This document shows positions 18,900 through 27,806 of a stretch of 57,531 nt of DNA, in pieces. Below the pieces are notes generated by a model. The model searched no databases and was not told where the DNA came from. It was given only the letters and a program-made list of their open reading frames with translations. The DNA lies in the NCBI GenBank assembly GCA_964405325.1, contig CAYONM010000002.1, positions 1 through 57,531 of the forward strand, written 5' to 3'. Position numbers and translations under genes: made by a program. How positions within the stretch are numbered: the stretch's first letter is position 1; the number at the start of each line of letters is the position of its first letter. The stretch is from an uncultured candidatus Brocadiaceae bacterium. GTDB taxonomy: Bacteria; Planctomycetota; UBA11346.

Positions 18900-19305
18900 A
18901 CAGGCCTTCCACCGCCAGGCCGGCTTCCCGCAGCCGCTTCGGCAGATGCCGGGGCGTGATAAATCCGATATCAGCGGCGCGGATCAGCCACTCGTCGCCG
19001 TTGTCCGGTGACAGAACCTGTACTTCCCTGGTGAAGGCGATCAGTTCGGGCTCCAGATCCGGCTCGATGCGATGGATATCCACCAGAGAGACGGTGCGGA
19101 ATTCGTCCGTATCCTCCGCTTTTTCCAGTGCCAAACCGGCCACCGGCAGACCGGCCACCTGAAAGGCTCTCGGCATGTTCACTGGTAGCAGGGCCTCGCC
19201 ACTGAGCTCGTCCAGGATCAACCAGACCGGCTCAGGATCCTCGGGATCCTCGCCCTGGTCGACATCGTCTTCGTCCGCATCGATCGTCGCCAGTACGGTC
19301 ACCAC
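18754..19305 (-). CDS. Acidic repeat protein. The N-terminal ~135 aa look genuine; the last ~48 aa (overlapping the next ORF out of frame) look like frame noise
   Basis: GTG start at 19305. Two units (EPVWLILDE..LPVAGLALE and DEWLIRAAD..LREAGLAVEGL) are followed by an Arg/Gly-rich tail overlapping 18754-18899. Confidence 0.4.
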   Translation of the reverse strand: MVTVLATIDADEDDVDQGEDPEDPEPVWLILDELSGEALLPVNMPRAFQVAGLPVAGLALEKAEDTDEFRTVSLVDIHRIEPDLEPELIAFTREVQVLSPDNGDEWLIRAADIGFITPRHLPKRLREAGLAVEGLYVQQYESGDRRRTGCHRTGPGRAGAAGDRRYARSGRVARFQRLDFAGE

Positions 19306-19390
19306 ACCCTGGAAAGCGAAGGCCTCGGGTTCATCAGTCGGCGGCTCAGCGCCCTCGTCCGGATCGCTTGGTGGTGGGAGCAGTTACGCC

Positions 19391-19418
19391 AAAAAAAACC
19401 CCTACGCAGGCGCAGGGG
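19391..19418 (-). terminator. Orphan terminator-like hairpin plus U8 on the minus strand, upstream of the acidic protein gene
   Basis: Minus strand reads cccctgcg-cctg-cgtagggg followed by tttttttt. No minus-strand gene lies upstream of it. Confidence 0.4.
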
Positions 19419-19570
19419 CGTCCGGCCGTGAACCGGATCAATCAATTGGCCAGCAGTCTAGCCGCCATTGTAAGCACGTAATGAAGCCGCAATGGCAATT
19501 CGGTGAAGACCTCGGCGGGCCCCTTGCTTGCACCTTGGCAGGCGCATCTAGCCACCACCATGCTGCAACC

Positions 19571-19855
19571 ATGGCCCGTCTGCTCAGCGATGCACGTTGC
19601 GTCCACCATCCGGAACGTCCTGGCTATGCTCTCTGCCAGCAGTGTCGGGCCGTGGTCTGTCAGGAATGCGCCACCAGTCACAACGGCGCCCTGCATTGCC
19701 CACGCTGCCTGGCCGCCGGGCAACAGGCGGCGCTGGCGCTGGCGTGGTGGGACCGCCCCTGGCTGCATGCCGTAGTGGCGATCGCCTGCTTTGCCGCGCT
19801 AGCCCGAGTCCTGCCGTGGATGCTGGCGCTGTGGCTGGGAGTGATGCGCGCATGA
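19571..19855 (+). CDS. B-box-type zinc-finger protein with a C-terminal TM helix (94 aa)
   Basis: C.HH....Y.C..C...VC..C.....G..HC..C cysteine/histidine pattern, then a hydrophobic tail. The stop overlaps the next start (ATGA). Confidence 0.55.
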   Translation: MARLLSDARCVHHPERPGYALCQQCRAVVCQECATSHNGALHCPRCLAAGQQAALALAWWDRPWLHAVVAIACFAALARVLPWMLALWLGVMRA

Positions 19856-20355
19856 ATGCGCGCATTCGTCATCGTGCGGTCGACCTACTGGACGATGCCG
19901 GCCGGGCCGTACAGCAGCACTGGTCACGCGAACTTGGTTGGCTCTGGCTGTGCGAACTACCGCTGAGCGCCTGCCTGCTGACCATCAGCAGCCATATCCT
20001 GGCGGCCGGATCGCGAGGCCTGGATGCCGTCCATCACGATGCGGATCTGCTGCTGATCGCCCTCGCCGGTCTGCTGCTGGCCATTTATGGTCAGGCCCGC
20101 TTCGCTCAGGCGGTGGCCGGTGACCGGGGCCGACGGCCGGCGACGACGCTCCACCTAGGCTGGCAACGCTACCTGCTGCAGCTGGCGCTGCAGGGCCTGA
20201 TCTATCTGGCTGGCAGCATCGCCGCCTTCACCTTGCTGCCCGCTGTGCTGTTGCCCTGGCTCGCGCCACTGGGCATCGCCTGCGGCACCCTGTCGCCCAC
20301 ACCGTCGCTGCGCAAGCGGCGCTGGGCGGCTTGGCGACGGAACAAGATACATTAA
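19852..20355 (+). CDS. Integral membrane protein (167 aa, ~4 TM), unknown function
   Basis: ATG at 19852 is coupled to the upstream gene. Hydrophobic segments throughout. Confidence 0.5.
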   Translation: MNARIRHRAVDLLDDAGRAVQQHWSRELGWLWLCELPLSACLLTISSHILAAGSRGLDAVHHDADLLLIALAGLLLAIYGQARFAQAVAGDRGRRPATTLHLGWQRYLLQLALQGLIYLAGSIAAFTLLPAVLLPWLAPLGIACGTLSPTPSLRKRRWAAWRRNKIH

Positions 20356-20519
20356 ACCCATGAAACCTTCGCGCTCGCGCTCGTCCGCCAAAAGCCCCCA
20401 GCACGGCCCAAGGACACATGAAGGCCAACAATCACTATCTCATTACGGACGTCAGACATCACGTCAGCACGCAACAAGGCAGACCATTTTGACATCCGTA
20501 CTGTCGACTCTCTGTATAC

Positions 20520-20720
20520 CTAGCCATTACCCACAAGTCTTTCTTCTCGCTTTTTTCCTCTCGCCAAGGCACCAAGACCGCAAAGATATTCTTCGTTCTT
20601 GGTGCCTTGGCGAGAGGTATCCAAACGGATTAACGATTCAACGGCTGATCAAGCATTTTCCGCGTTCTACGCGCGAGAAATATGAGAGAGACGGCGATCG
20701 GATTTGTGGGTAATGGCCAG
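20520..20720. mobile_element. MITE, family E copy 1 (201 bp): 20-bp TIRs and a 10-bp target-site duplication
   Basis: Left end ctagccattacccacaagtc; right end reverse complement ctggccattacccacaaatc. Flanked by a perfect direct repeat ctctgtatac (20510-20519 and 20721-20730). Internal perfect 21-bp-stem hairpin at 20557-20617. Confidence 0.8.
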
Positions 20721-20903
20721 CTCTGTATACTGGCCATAGCACTGGCAGAGGACCAAAGCACCAAGCACTGCTGTCTTGTTTTCCATAAAAATGGTGACTT
20801 CTGGGAAGGCACGCTCCATGCAACGAGCAATCGCCTTTACTCGCAGGAGCTGATCAACAACTCAGAAATCGACCCCCTGGAGAATCGTCTGCTGACGGTC
20901 GCC

Positions 20904-20937
20904 AAAACCAACGGCCGCCCCATCGGGCGGCCGTTGG
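20904..20937 (-). terminator. Rho-independent terminator after dodecin / the sdh operon
   Basis: Stem ccaacggccgccc/gggcggccgttgg with a U-run on the minus strand (aaaa at 20904-20907). Confidence 0.7.
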
Positions 20938-20961
20938 CGCTCCCAAAACCGGCGGCCGGCC

Positions 20962-21168
20962 TCAGTCCAAGGTATGCCCAACCTTGATGGTGACCTGCCA
21001 ATGCGCCGCCTGGCCATTTTCGAGATGGCCGCGGGTGCTGACCACTTCGAACCAACGCATGTTTTTCACCAGAGTGCCGGCTTTGGCGATGGCGTTTTTG
21101 ATCGCCTGATCGCTGCCCTCGGGACTGGAACCGGTGATTTCGAGATTGCCGTAGATATGATCGGCCAT
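20962..21168 (-). CDS. Dodecin-family flavin-binding protein (68 aa)
   Basis: MADHIYGNLEITGSSPEGSDQAIKNAIAKA..WFEV...RGH.. is typical of dodecin. aaaggag RBS. Confidence 0.8.
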   Translation of the reverse strand: MADHIYGNLEITGSSPEGSDQAIKNAIAKAGTLVKNMRWFEVVSTRGHLENGQAAHWQVTIKVGHTLD

Positions 21169-21203
21169 GAGTGCTCCTTTGCTGTTGTGCGCGCTAACGC
21201 GCG

Positions 21204-21908
21204 CTAACGTGAGCCGCCGGAGATGACGGCTCGCTTCAGTTTGGACAACGCTGCCGGTATGTCGATCTCCTTGGGGCAGGCTTCCATACAGTTGAACACC
21301 AGGTGACAGCGCCACAGGCCGTCACGACTGTTGACCTGGTTCAGCCGCTCGGTGGCCGCCTCGTCGCGGGAGTCAGCAACGAAACGCCAGGCTTTGAGCA
21401 GTGCTGCCGGACCCAGGTAACCGTCGTTCTTCCAGAAACTGGGGCAGGACGAGGTGCAGCAACCGCACAAGATGCACTTGGCGGCATCCTCCATCTGCTC
21501 GGCATCGCCCTGGGATTGCAGCCGCTCCTTGACCGGAGCCGGTGAGTGATTGACGAAATACGGTACGATGGCACGGTACTTGTGGAAGAAATGTTCCATG
21601 TCCACCACCAGGTCCTTCACCACCGGAAAACCAGTCAGCGGCGCGACCTCGATCACATCACCGGAAATATCCTTCACCAGAGTCTTGCAGGCCAGACGAG
21701 CCGCGCCCTGGATGAACATGCCACAGCTGCCGCAGACCGCGTGGCCGCAGGACCGACGAAAACTCACCGAGCCGTCCTGCTCCCATTTGATGCGGTTCAG
21801 CGCGGTGAGCACCCGCTCCATGGGCGAACATTCCAATTGGAATTCCTGCCAATGGGGTTTTTCGTCTCCAGGGCGATAGCGGGCAATGCGGAAGGTCTTG
21901 ATGCTCAT
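21204..21908 (-). CDS. sdhB: Succinate dehydrogenase/fumarate reductase iron-sulfur subunit
   Basis: Three Cys clusters: SCGHAVCGSCGM..C, CILCGCCTSSCP and CHLVFNCMEACP. Confidence 0.93.
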   Translation of the reverse strand: MSIKTFRIARYRPGDEKPHWQEFQLECSPMERVLTALNRIKWEQDGSVSFRRSCGHAVCGSCGMFIQGAARLACKTLVKDISGDVIEVAPLTGFPVVKDLVVDMEHFFHKYRAIVPYFVNHSPAPVKERLQSQGDAEQMEDAAKCILCGCCTSSCPSFWKNDGYLGPAALLKAWRFVADSRDEAATERLNQVNSRDGLWRCHLVFNCMEACPKEIDIPAALSKLKRAVISGGSR

Positions 21909-21987
21909 GGCGATCTCGATGTTGGGCCGCCTGCGGCGTGCCGTTGACAGTTCACGGTGGACCGTCTGAAGATCCACACCTGACCAA

Positions 21988-23796
21988 TTAATATTTGCGT
22001 TCTTTGGGTTTCATGCGGTCCATCAATTCGCTGTCCCAGCCATCCTCGGCATGTTCATTGATCAAATAGACCGGGGCAAATTCCAAGCTGATGCTGCCGT
22101 CCTCGTTCTGACTGGCATAGGTGTGCTTCAACCAATTGGCATCGTCGCGTGGCATTTTCTCGCCATCCGGGCCGTCGGTGCGCAGATGCGCGCCACGGCT
22201 TTCGGTGCGGACCAGAGCGCCTTCGATCTGGGCCAGGGAGAAGTCGATCATGAAACCGACCTCGATGGTCTCCAGCAGGTCGGTATTGAACACCATGCCG
22301 GCATCGTCGATACCGACGTTCTGGAACCGAGCACGCAATTCCATGACCTGCTCGCGGCATTCGCGCAGGCCCTGGTCGGTACGTTGGACGGAACATTTCT
22401 CCATCATCACGTTGGCCAGTTCCTCATGCAGTTGACCATGGCGCTCCTTGCCGCCGCCGTTTTTCAACTGTTCGATATCCGCCAGCATCCGGGCATCGGC
22501 ATGGTCGGGCAGACCACCCAGGTCGATGCTGTCAACGTTCTTGGCAACGTGCAAGCCAACCCGGCGACCAAATACCACCAGGTCCAAAAGCGAATTGGTG
22601 CCCAGACGATTGGCGCCGTGGACGCTGACGCAGGCGCATTCGCCAGCGGCGTATAAACCCTCGACCAGATCGCCCTGGGCGTTGCGTTTAACGCGACCAT
22701 CGGCGTCGGTGGGGATACCACCCATGATGTAGTGCGCGGTCGGCATCACCGGCACCGGCTCCTCCCATGGTTTGATCCCCAAGTAGGTGGTGGCGAAGTC
22801 GGATATTTCCGGGAGCTTTTTCATCAGTTCGTCTTTGCCCAGATGCATCAGATTCAGATGTACCCAGTCGTCCTTGCAAATACGGCCGCTTTTCTGCATG
22901 CCGCGGCCCTCCAGGACCTCTTTGTACATGCACTGCGCCACCATGTCGCGCGGCGCCAGGTCTTTGACCGTCGGTGCGTAGCGTTCCATGAAGCGCTCGC
23001 CGTTGACGTTGGTCAGGTAACCGCCCTCGCCGCGCGCGCCCTCGGTGACCAGGATCCCCAAGCCAGCCAGGCCAGTGGGGTGGAACTGGACGAATTCCAG
23101 GTCTTCCAGTGGCAGCCGATTGCGCAGGAACACACCGAAGGCATCGCCGGTATTGGCCTGGCAATTGGAGGTGGTGGCAAAATTCTTGCACGAACCGCCG
23201 GTAGCGACCACCACCACCTTGGCATGCACCGTGTGCACTTCGCCGGTCAGCATGTCGTAGGCGATCACGCCCAGAACCTTGCTACCGTCGTCATTCAGAA
23301 CCAGATCCAGGACCTGGAATTCGGCGTAGAAATGCACGTTCTGCTTGACGCATTGCTCGTACAGGGTGTGCAGGATCACGTGCCCGGTGCGATCGGCGGC
23401 GTAGCAGGCGCGGCGTACGGCGCGCTCGCCGAAATGACGGGTGTGCCCGCCAAAGGGCCGCTGTGCGATGCGGCCCTCGGGAGTTCGCGAAAAAGGGACA
23501 CCCAAGTGTTCCAGTTCGTAGATGGTCTGCGGCGCATCGTAGGTCAGGATCTTCTGCGTATCCTGATCCCCCAGATAATCGCCACCTTTGACCGTGTCGA
23601 ACCAGTGCCACAGAGGCTGATCCTCCTCCTCGTTGCCGAGCGCGGCGCCGATACCGCCCTGAGCAGCACCGGTGTGGCTACGGGTCGGAAACAGCTTGCT
23701 CATCACCGCAACATCGGCCTTGGTGCTGGACCAGTAGGCAGCATACAGACCGGCGGCACCGGAGCCGACAATGACAACATCATGCGAGAGGATCAT
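21988..23796 (-). CDS. sdhA: Succinate dehydrogenase flavoprotein subunit
   Basis: GSGAAGL FAD motif, covalent-FAD His motif [10 protein letters not shown], 602 aa. Confidence 0.97.
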   Translation of the reverse strand: MILSHDVVIVGSGAAGLYAAYWSSTKADVAVMSKLFPTRSHTGAAQGGIGAALGNEEEDQPLWHWFDTVKGGDYLGDQDTQKILTYDAPQTIYELEHLGVPFSRTPEGRIAQRPFGGHTRHFGERAVRRACYAADRTGHVILHTLYEQCVKQNVHFYAEFQVLDLVLNDDGSKVLGVIAYDMLTGEVHTVHAKVVVVATGGSCKNFATTSNCQANTGDAFGVFLRNRLPLEDLEFVQFHPTGLAGLGILVTEGARGEGGYLTNVNGERFMERYAPTVKDLAPRDMVAQCMYKEVLEGRGMQKSGRICKDDWVHLNLMHLGKDELMKKLPEISDFATTYLGIKPWEEPVPVMPTAHYIMGGIPTDADGRVKRNAQGDLVEGLYAAGECACVSVHGANRLGTNSLLDLVVFGRRVGLHVAKNVDSIDLGGLPDHADARMLADIEQLKNGGGKERHGQLHEELANVMMEKCSVQRTDQGLRECREQVMELRARFQNVGIDDAGMVFNTDLLETIEVGFMIDFSLAQIEGALVRTESRGAHLRTDGPDGEKMPRDDANWLKHTYASQNEDGSISLEFAPVYLINEHAEDGWDSELMDRMKPKERKY

Positions 23797-23823
23797 GCGG
23801 ACAAACTCCGTATCAGGGCAGCT

Positions 23824-24609
23824 TCAATGCAACTGGGCGCTATAGGACGAGATGGCATGCAACGTACCCGTTGGCTCGCTGCGAGCCGCGGCATTCGCCT
23901 GGCGGACATTCAGCGCCCAGATCGCAAATTCGTAACGGCTGGAAAAAATCTGCTGCCGATCGCGCTCTTCAACCGAAACCGGTTGCTGAGCCCGAGCCCA
24001 GGCCTCAAAGGCGCGGCCGCCGGCCTTGACCAAGTCGACAGCATGACGGTCATTCTTAGCCACCTCACCACAGTTGCCGAACACCGCTGCCAGATCTTCC
24101 GGCGGATTATGGGTATGATGCTCCAGATAATGCGCCAACAGATGCAGTTCGCGCATGGGCTCACGGAAATCGTATTCGACGCTGAGCGCTGGCGGATTGC
24201 CGGCACTGGCGCCTGCCGCAAAGCCTTGCTGCGCGTACCATTCCTTGACCACTCCCAGTCGCGGCGCGCTGGCGATGTTGAGCACCGCCACGGTCACGAA
24301 ATACACGCCGATGCTCCAACAACCGACAGTCAGAATATTGCGCCACAACTGCCTGGGGCAGTAGTCGGCGATGATCCCCACCAGACCATTGATGCCGTGG
24401 TACAAGGCCATGGCGATGAACACCACGTAGTAGGCCTGCCACAGCCGGTTGTCCATGCGCGCGGCCACGGTCAGACCAGTGGATACAGCATCGCTGGTGA
24501 AGTGCTGCATGCCGAAGTGGACGAAAGCCAGCACGATCAACAGCACGGCGCTGACGCGTTGCAGTAGCCATTGGGTATTGCCAGCACGGGACGAGACGTA
24601 AGGGCGCAT
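23824..24609 (-). CDS. sdhD: Succinate dehydrogenase membrane anchor (SdhD-like) with a ~150-aa C-terminal extension (261 aa)
   Basis: Position between sdhC and sdhA. N-terminal ~110 aa hold 3 TM helices with His (VHFGMQH). The remainder is soluble and of unknown family. Confidence 0.65.
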   Translation of the reverse strand: MRPYVSSRAGNTQWLLQRVSAVLLIVLAFVHFGMQHFTSDAVSTGLTVAARMDNRLWQAYYVVFIAMALYHGINGLVGIIADYCPRQLWRNILTVGCWSIGVYFVTVAVLNIASAPRLGVVKEWYAQQGFAAGASAGNPPALSVEYDFREPMRELHLLAHYLEHHTHNPPEDLAAVFGNCGEVAKNDRHAVDLVKAGGRAFEAWARAQQPVSVEERDRQQIFSSRYEFAIWALNVRQANAAARSEPTGTLHAISSYSAQLH

Positions 24610-24611
24610 GA

Positions 24612-25070
24612 TCAAGAAGCTCCGGGCAGGGCATGATCGACGAATAGCGGCTGCACGTTGGTATGCAGAATCAGCGGGATGCTGCCGATCAGCAGCAACA
24701 CCAGCACCAAGGCACAAGCCAACCAGAACAGGCGCTTGGACAGCTGGCTCCGCTCCAAGACGAAGTCCACCAGCAGTAAGCGCATGCCGTTGAGGCCATG
24801 GAAGAGCAAGGCGGCAAACAGGGCGATTTCACCCAGCTTGAAGTCTGGCTCCTGCATCCGCCGGATCATCAGATCGTAGGCCGCCGGATCACTGGCCGTG
24901 GCCTTCATCACCGACAGGATGTGGAAAAACAGGAATACCAGCAGGGCCAAGCCCGAGACGCGATGCAGGACAAAGGCCAGACTGCCAGTAAAGTATCGGT
25001 AGCTTCCGCCCATTTGAGCGGGTATCCATTGCGTCAGGACGGCGCGCCAACCGCGATCGGGGTGATACAT
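24612..25070 (-). CDS. sdhC: Succinate dehydrogenase cytochrome b subunit
   Basis: 152 aa, 3 TM, HRVSG and FHGLNG motifs, first gene of the sdh operon. Confidence 0.75.
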   Translation of the reverse strand: MYHPDRGWRAVLTQWIPAQMGGSYRYFTGSLAFVLHRVSGLALLVFLFFHILSVMKATASDPAAYDLMIRRMQEPDFKLGEIALFAALLFHGLNGMRLLLVDFVLERSQLSKRLFWLACALVLVLLLIGSIPLILHTNVQPLFVDHALPGAS

Positions 25071-25207
25071 GGACTCAGATCCTCATGACTGGGAGACTGG
25101 CTGGGCCGGGCAGCATGAACGACCGGCTCGCACGGCAAGGCCCTTTTGCAGGTGATTCGCAGCTACAGCTTGCAGCTTTCCAGACCACTCCGGCAGGAGC
25201 AATCGCT

Positions 25208-25870
25208 ATGAGTATAAACTCGAACGAGCACCTTCGCAGGCCCATTTTGTTGGTGGGTGGAGCGCCACAGGTGGATCTGGACGCGGTCCGCTACCTGAGC
25301 GTACACGCCACCGGCACCACCGCCTGCCGGCTGGCCAACCGTCTGCCAGAAGCCGAACTGCTGCTCAGCTATAACGCCAAGCCCGGCATCGCTGCCAAGC
25401 GATATCGCCGCCGTGCCGAGCTGGACGAACAGGTCCAACACTGGGCCCAGGCCCATCCCGGCGGCCTGATCGTCATGTCGGCTGCGGTCAATGACTACCA
25501 ACTGGAGCGCATCCAGGTCGAATCAGACGGCACCCGCATCGACATCGCCGCCAGCGGCAAGGTCCCCTCCGGCGCCGACCGCATCCATCTCCAGTTGCAA
25601 CCAGCACCCAAGCTGGTGGATCAGCTCCGCCAGGAATGGGGCTTCCATGGGCATCTGGTCGCCTTCAAATACGAGAGCGTCCGTAGTGTGATCGACAGCG
25701 CCAAGGCCCTCCTGCATCGCATCGACGCCAGCCTGGTGGTAGCCAACAGCATTGATGGTTCAGTCCAGGCCCTGGTGGAGCGCGATAGCATCGCCTGGGC
25801 CGACAACCGCGAGGTGCTGGTCACCGAACTGGCCAAACGCATCGCGCATTTGGCGGAGGAAGCCCCATGA
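25208..25870 (+). CDS. coaB: Stand-alone phosphopantothenate--cysteine ligase-like protein (CoaB/DFP C-terminal domain)
   Basis: GGAPQVDLDAVRYLSVHATG, MSAAVNDYQ and GKVPSG....L.L.PAPKLV match the CoaB domain pattern. aggag RBS before the ATG at 25208. Confidence 0.65.
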   Translation: MSINSNEHLRRPILLVGGAPQVDLDAVRYLSVHATGTTACRLANRLPEAELLLSYNAKPGIAAKRYRRRAELDEQVQHWAQAHPGGLIVMSAAVNDYQLERIQVESDGTRIDIAASGKVPSGADRIHLQLQPAPKLVDQLRQEWGFHGHLVAFKYESVRSVIDSAKALLHRIDASLVVANSIDGSVQALVERDSIAWADNREVLVTELAKRIAHLAEEAP

Positions 25871-26430
25871 TGAGTCTCCGACAACTGATGCAGGAAGCAC
25901 GCAGCTGTCGCCGCTTCCTTCCAGAACCGGCAGTCAGCCACGAGCAACTGATCACCCTGATAGACTGCGCGCGTCTGGCCCCCTCCAGCGGCAACTTGCA
26001 ACCGCTGCGCTATCGCCCGATCACCGGCACCGACTGCCAGCGGGTGCTACCCTGTCTGCAGTGGGCGGCCCTGATGCCAGAGTGGGCCGGGCCGCAACCG
26101 GAAGAGCAACCCACCGCCTACCTGCTACTGTGCACCGCCAACGAAACACCAGCGCCTATGGACGTCGGCATCGCCGCCGCCGTGCTGCAGCTTGCCGCAC
26201 ACGAAACCGACCTGGGCGCCTGTATGTTTCAGAATGTGGACCACAAACGCCTGCACCACGAACTCCAGCTACCCGACGACTACAGCGTCCGTCTAGTCAT
26301 GGCCTTCGGTCACCCCGCCGAAATCCGGCAATGCGCCGAGGTCAGCGCCGCCGACGGCCTGGCCTACTGGCGCGATCACGACGGCGTACACCACGTGCCG
26401 AAACTGCGGGTCGAGGATGTGGTTATCTGA
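25867..26430 (+). CDS. Nitroreductase-family protein
   Basis: SCRRF..........I.CARLAPSSGNLQP pattern. ATGA overlap with the upstream gene. Confidence 0.75.
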   Translation: MMSLRQLMQEARSCRRFLPEPAVSHEQLITLIDCARLAPSSGNLQPLRYRPITGTDCQRVLPCLQWAALMPEWAGPQPEEQPTAYLLLCTANETPAPMDVGIAAAVLQLAAHETDLGACMFQNVDHKRLHHELQLPDDYSVRLVMAFGHPAEIRQCAEVSAADGLAYWRDHDGVHHVPKLRVEDVVI

Positions 26431-26451
26431 GCTGTCTGCGACCGACGGCGC

Positions 26452-27453
26452 TCAGAAGGCATGCCCAAACAACGCCAAGGCATGGAAGATCACGCCATAC
26501 TGGTCTTCTGAGGCGATGTCCGATTCCTCGATCAATAATTCGGTGCTGAATCGGATATCCTCGCGATTGTCTGGCCACCAGCAGCCGGTGAGGCTGGTCT
26601 GCCAGTATTCGCCGTCCACCAGCCCGAGGCTGCTACGCAGATCATTGTCCCAGGTTTCGGCCTGGCGCCTGGCGACCAGGGCCAGGGAATAGGGTGCCTG
26701 GAAATGATAGCGGACCGCCCCCAGCAGGGATGACTGCTCGGCGTTGGGGCTGTTGGCGTAGGCGATATCGCCAGCGGCCTGCCAGCCGATCTCGCTACCC
26801 CAGGTCAGATTGGCGCTGATCAACCAGATGTCACCCTGGTTGCCATCTTCAAGATCGGTGGCGGCACCAACATCGTAATAGCCGCTGGTGGCGTAACCCC
26901 AGCGTTCGCTCTGCCAGCTCCATTCAAAGCCGTAAGCCAAGTCGGCCGGCTCCTTGCTGGGAGCCGGCACCGATGGCACCGAGGCCTCATCCGCGGCGTA
27001 CAGACCCAGCACGCCGCCGTTGTCGAATTCCCGGGTCAGGCCCAAGGCCTCGACGTTGTCCTGGTTATAGACCAGGGGATCAGAGATACTCCAGCGCTCG
27101 GACGCGGTATGCCAATGCAGGCCGTACCAGGCGGGCATGCGACCCAGGGCGATGACGTAGCGATCCCAAAACCGATAGCGCACCTGGGCTTCATCCAGCG
27201 TCAGGTCCTGCGGCGCATCGGTTTCCACGTGCACCACGCTGCGCGCCGCCAAGCCGATGGGGGCCAGATTGAAATCCATGCCGATGTCGGCCGCAGCCCA
27301 GAAATCGGTGCTGCCCTCGTCGTCTTGATCCAGGTAGCTGGCGGTGCTTTCCGCCAGCATATCCAGGGCGGCCGTACCGCCGGCGAAGGAAGATTCGGCA
27401 GCGGTCAGCGACCATGGTGTCAGTACGATGAGCATTCCGGGCAAGCACTTCAC
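26452..27453 (-). CDS. Putative outer-membrane beta-barrel protein (333 aa)
   Basis: Signal peptide, alternating aromatic/Gly-rich strands, C-terminal ..ALFGHAF ending in Phe. Confidence 0.55.
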   Translation of the reverse strand: MKCLPGMLIVLTPWSLTAAESSFAGGTAALDMLAESTASYLDQDDEGSTDFWAAADIGMDFNLAPIGLAARSVVHVETDAPQDLTLDEAQVRYRFWDRYVIALGRMPAWYGLHWHTASERWSISDPLVYNQDNVEALGLTREFDNGGVLGLYAADEASVPSVPAPSKEPADLAYGFEWSWQSERWGYATSGYYDVGAATDLEDGNQGDIWLISANLTWGSEIGWQAAGDIAYANSPNAEQSSLLGAVRYHFQAPYSLALVARRQAETWDNDLRSSLGLVDGEYWQTSLTGCWWPDNREDIRFSTELLIEESDIASEDQYGVIFHALALFGHAF

Positions 27454-27806
27454 GGCAGATCTCCCTGCACAGACACGGTGAGGTCGGTTTGATTGCCGCG
27501 GGCATCGGTCAAGGTCTCGGTGGCACTGGTGCCGAGTCGAATCTGCTCGATGGCCAGATTCAGGGCCCAGTCGGTGCGGCTACCGCCGGCGCCGTCGGAA
27601 ACCGCTTCGTCGCTCTGGAAGACCAGTTCTGCCGTATCGATTTGGATCGACAACGGCGTTACCGTAACATGGTCCTCCGCTGACGGCTGCTCATCCGGCG
27701 GCAGAATACCACCTTCGGCGGGACGTCGAAAACCGTCGTGGTCGTCTTCGCAGCCGGTCAGGACCAGCAGCCCAATGCCCATCGTCACCATGATGATCCA
27801 TTTCAT
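27450..27806 (-). CDS. Small lipoprotein (118 aa)
   Basis: [19 protein letters not shown] lipobox. ATGA overlaps with both neighbours. Confidence 0.6.
   Translation of the reverse strand: MKWIIMVTMGIGLLVLTGCEDDHDGFRRPAEGGILPPDEQPSAEDHVTVTPLSIQIDTAELVFQSDEAVSDGAGGSRTDWALNLAIEQIRLGTSATETLTDARGNQTDLTVSVQGDLP

Noticed and set aside
20459-20819. A 49-codon Cys-rich minus-strand ORF (MERAFPEVTIFMENKTAVLGALVLCQCYGQYTESRQYGCQNGLPCCVLT) is reconstituted if MITE E1 and one TSD copy are removed
   Set aside because: It is too short to support, has no RBS within normal distance of the ATG, and cannot be tested for conservation here. It could easily be a chance ORF.
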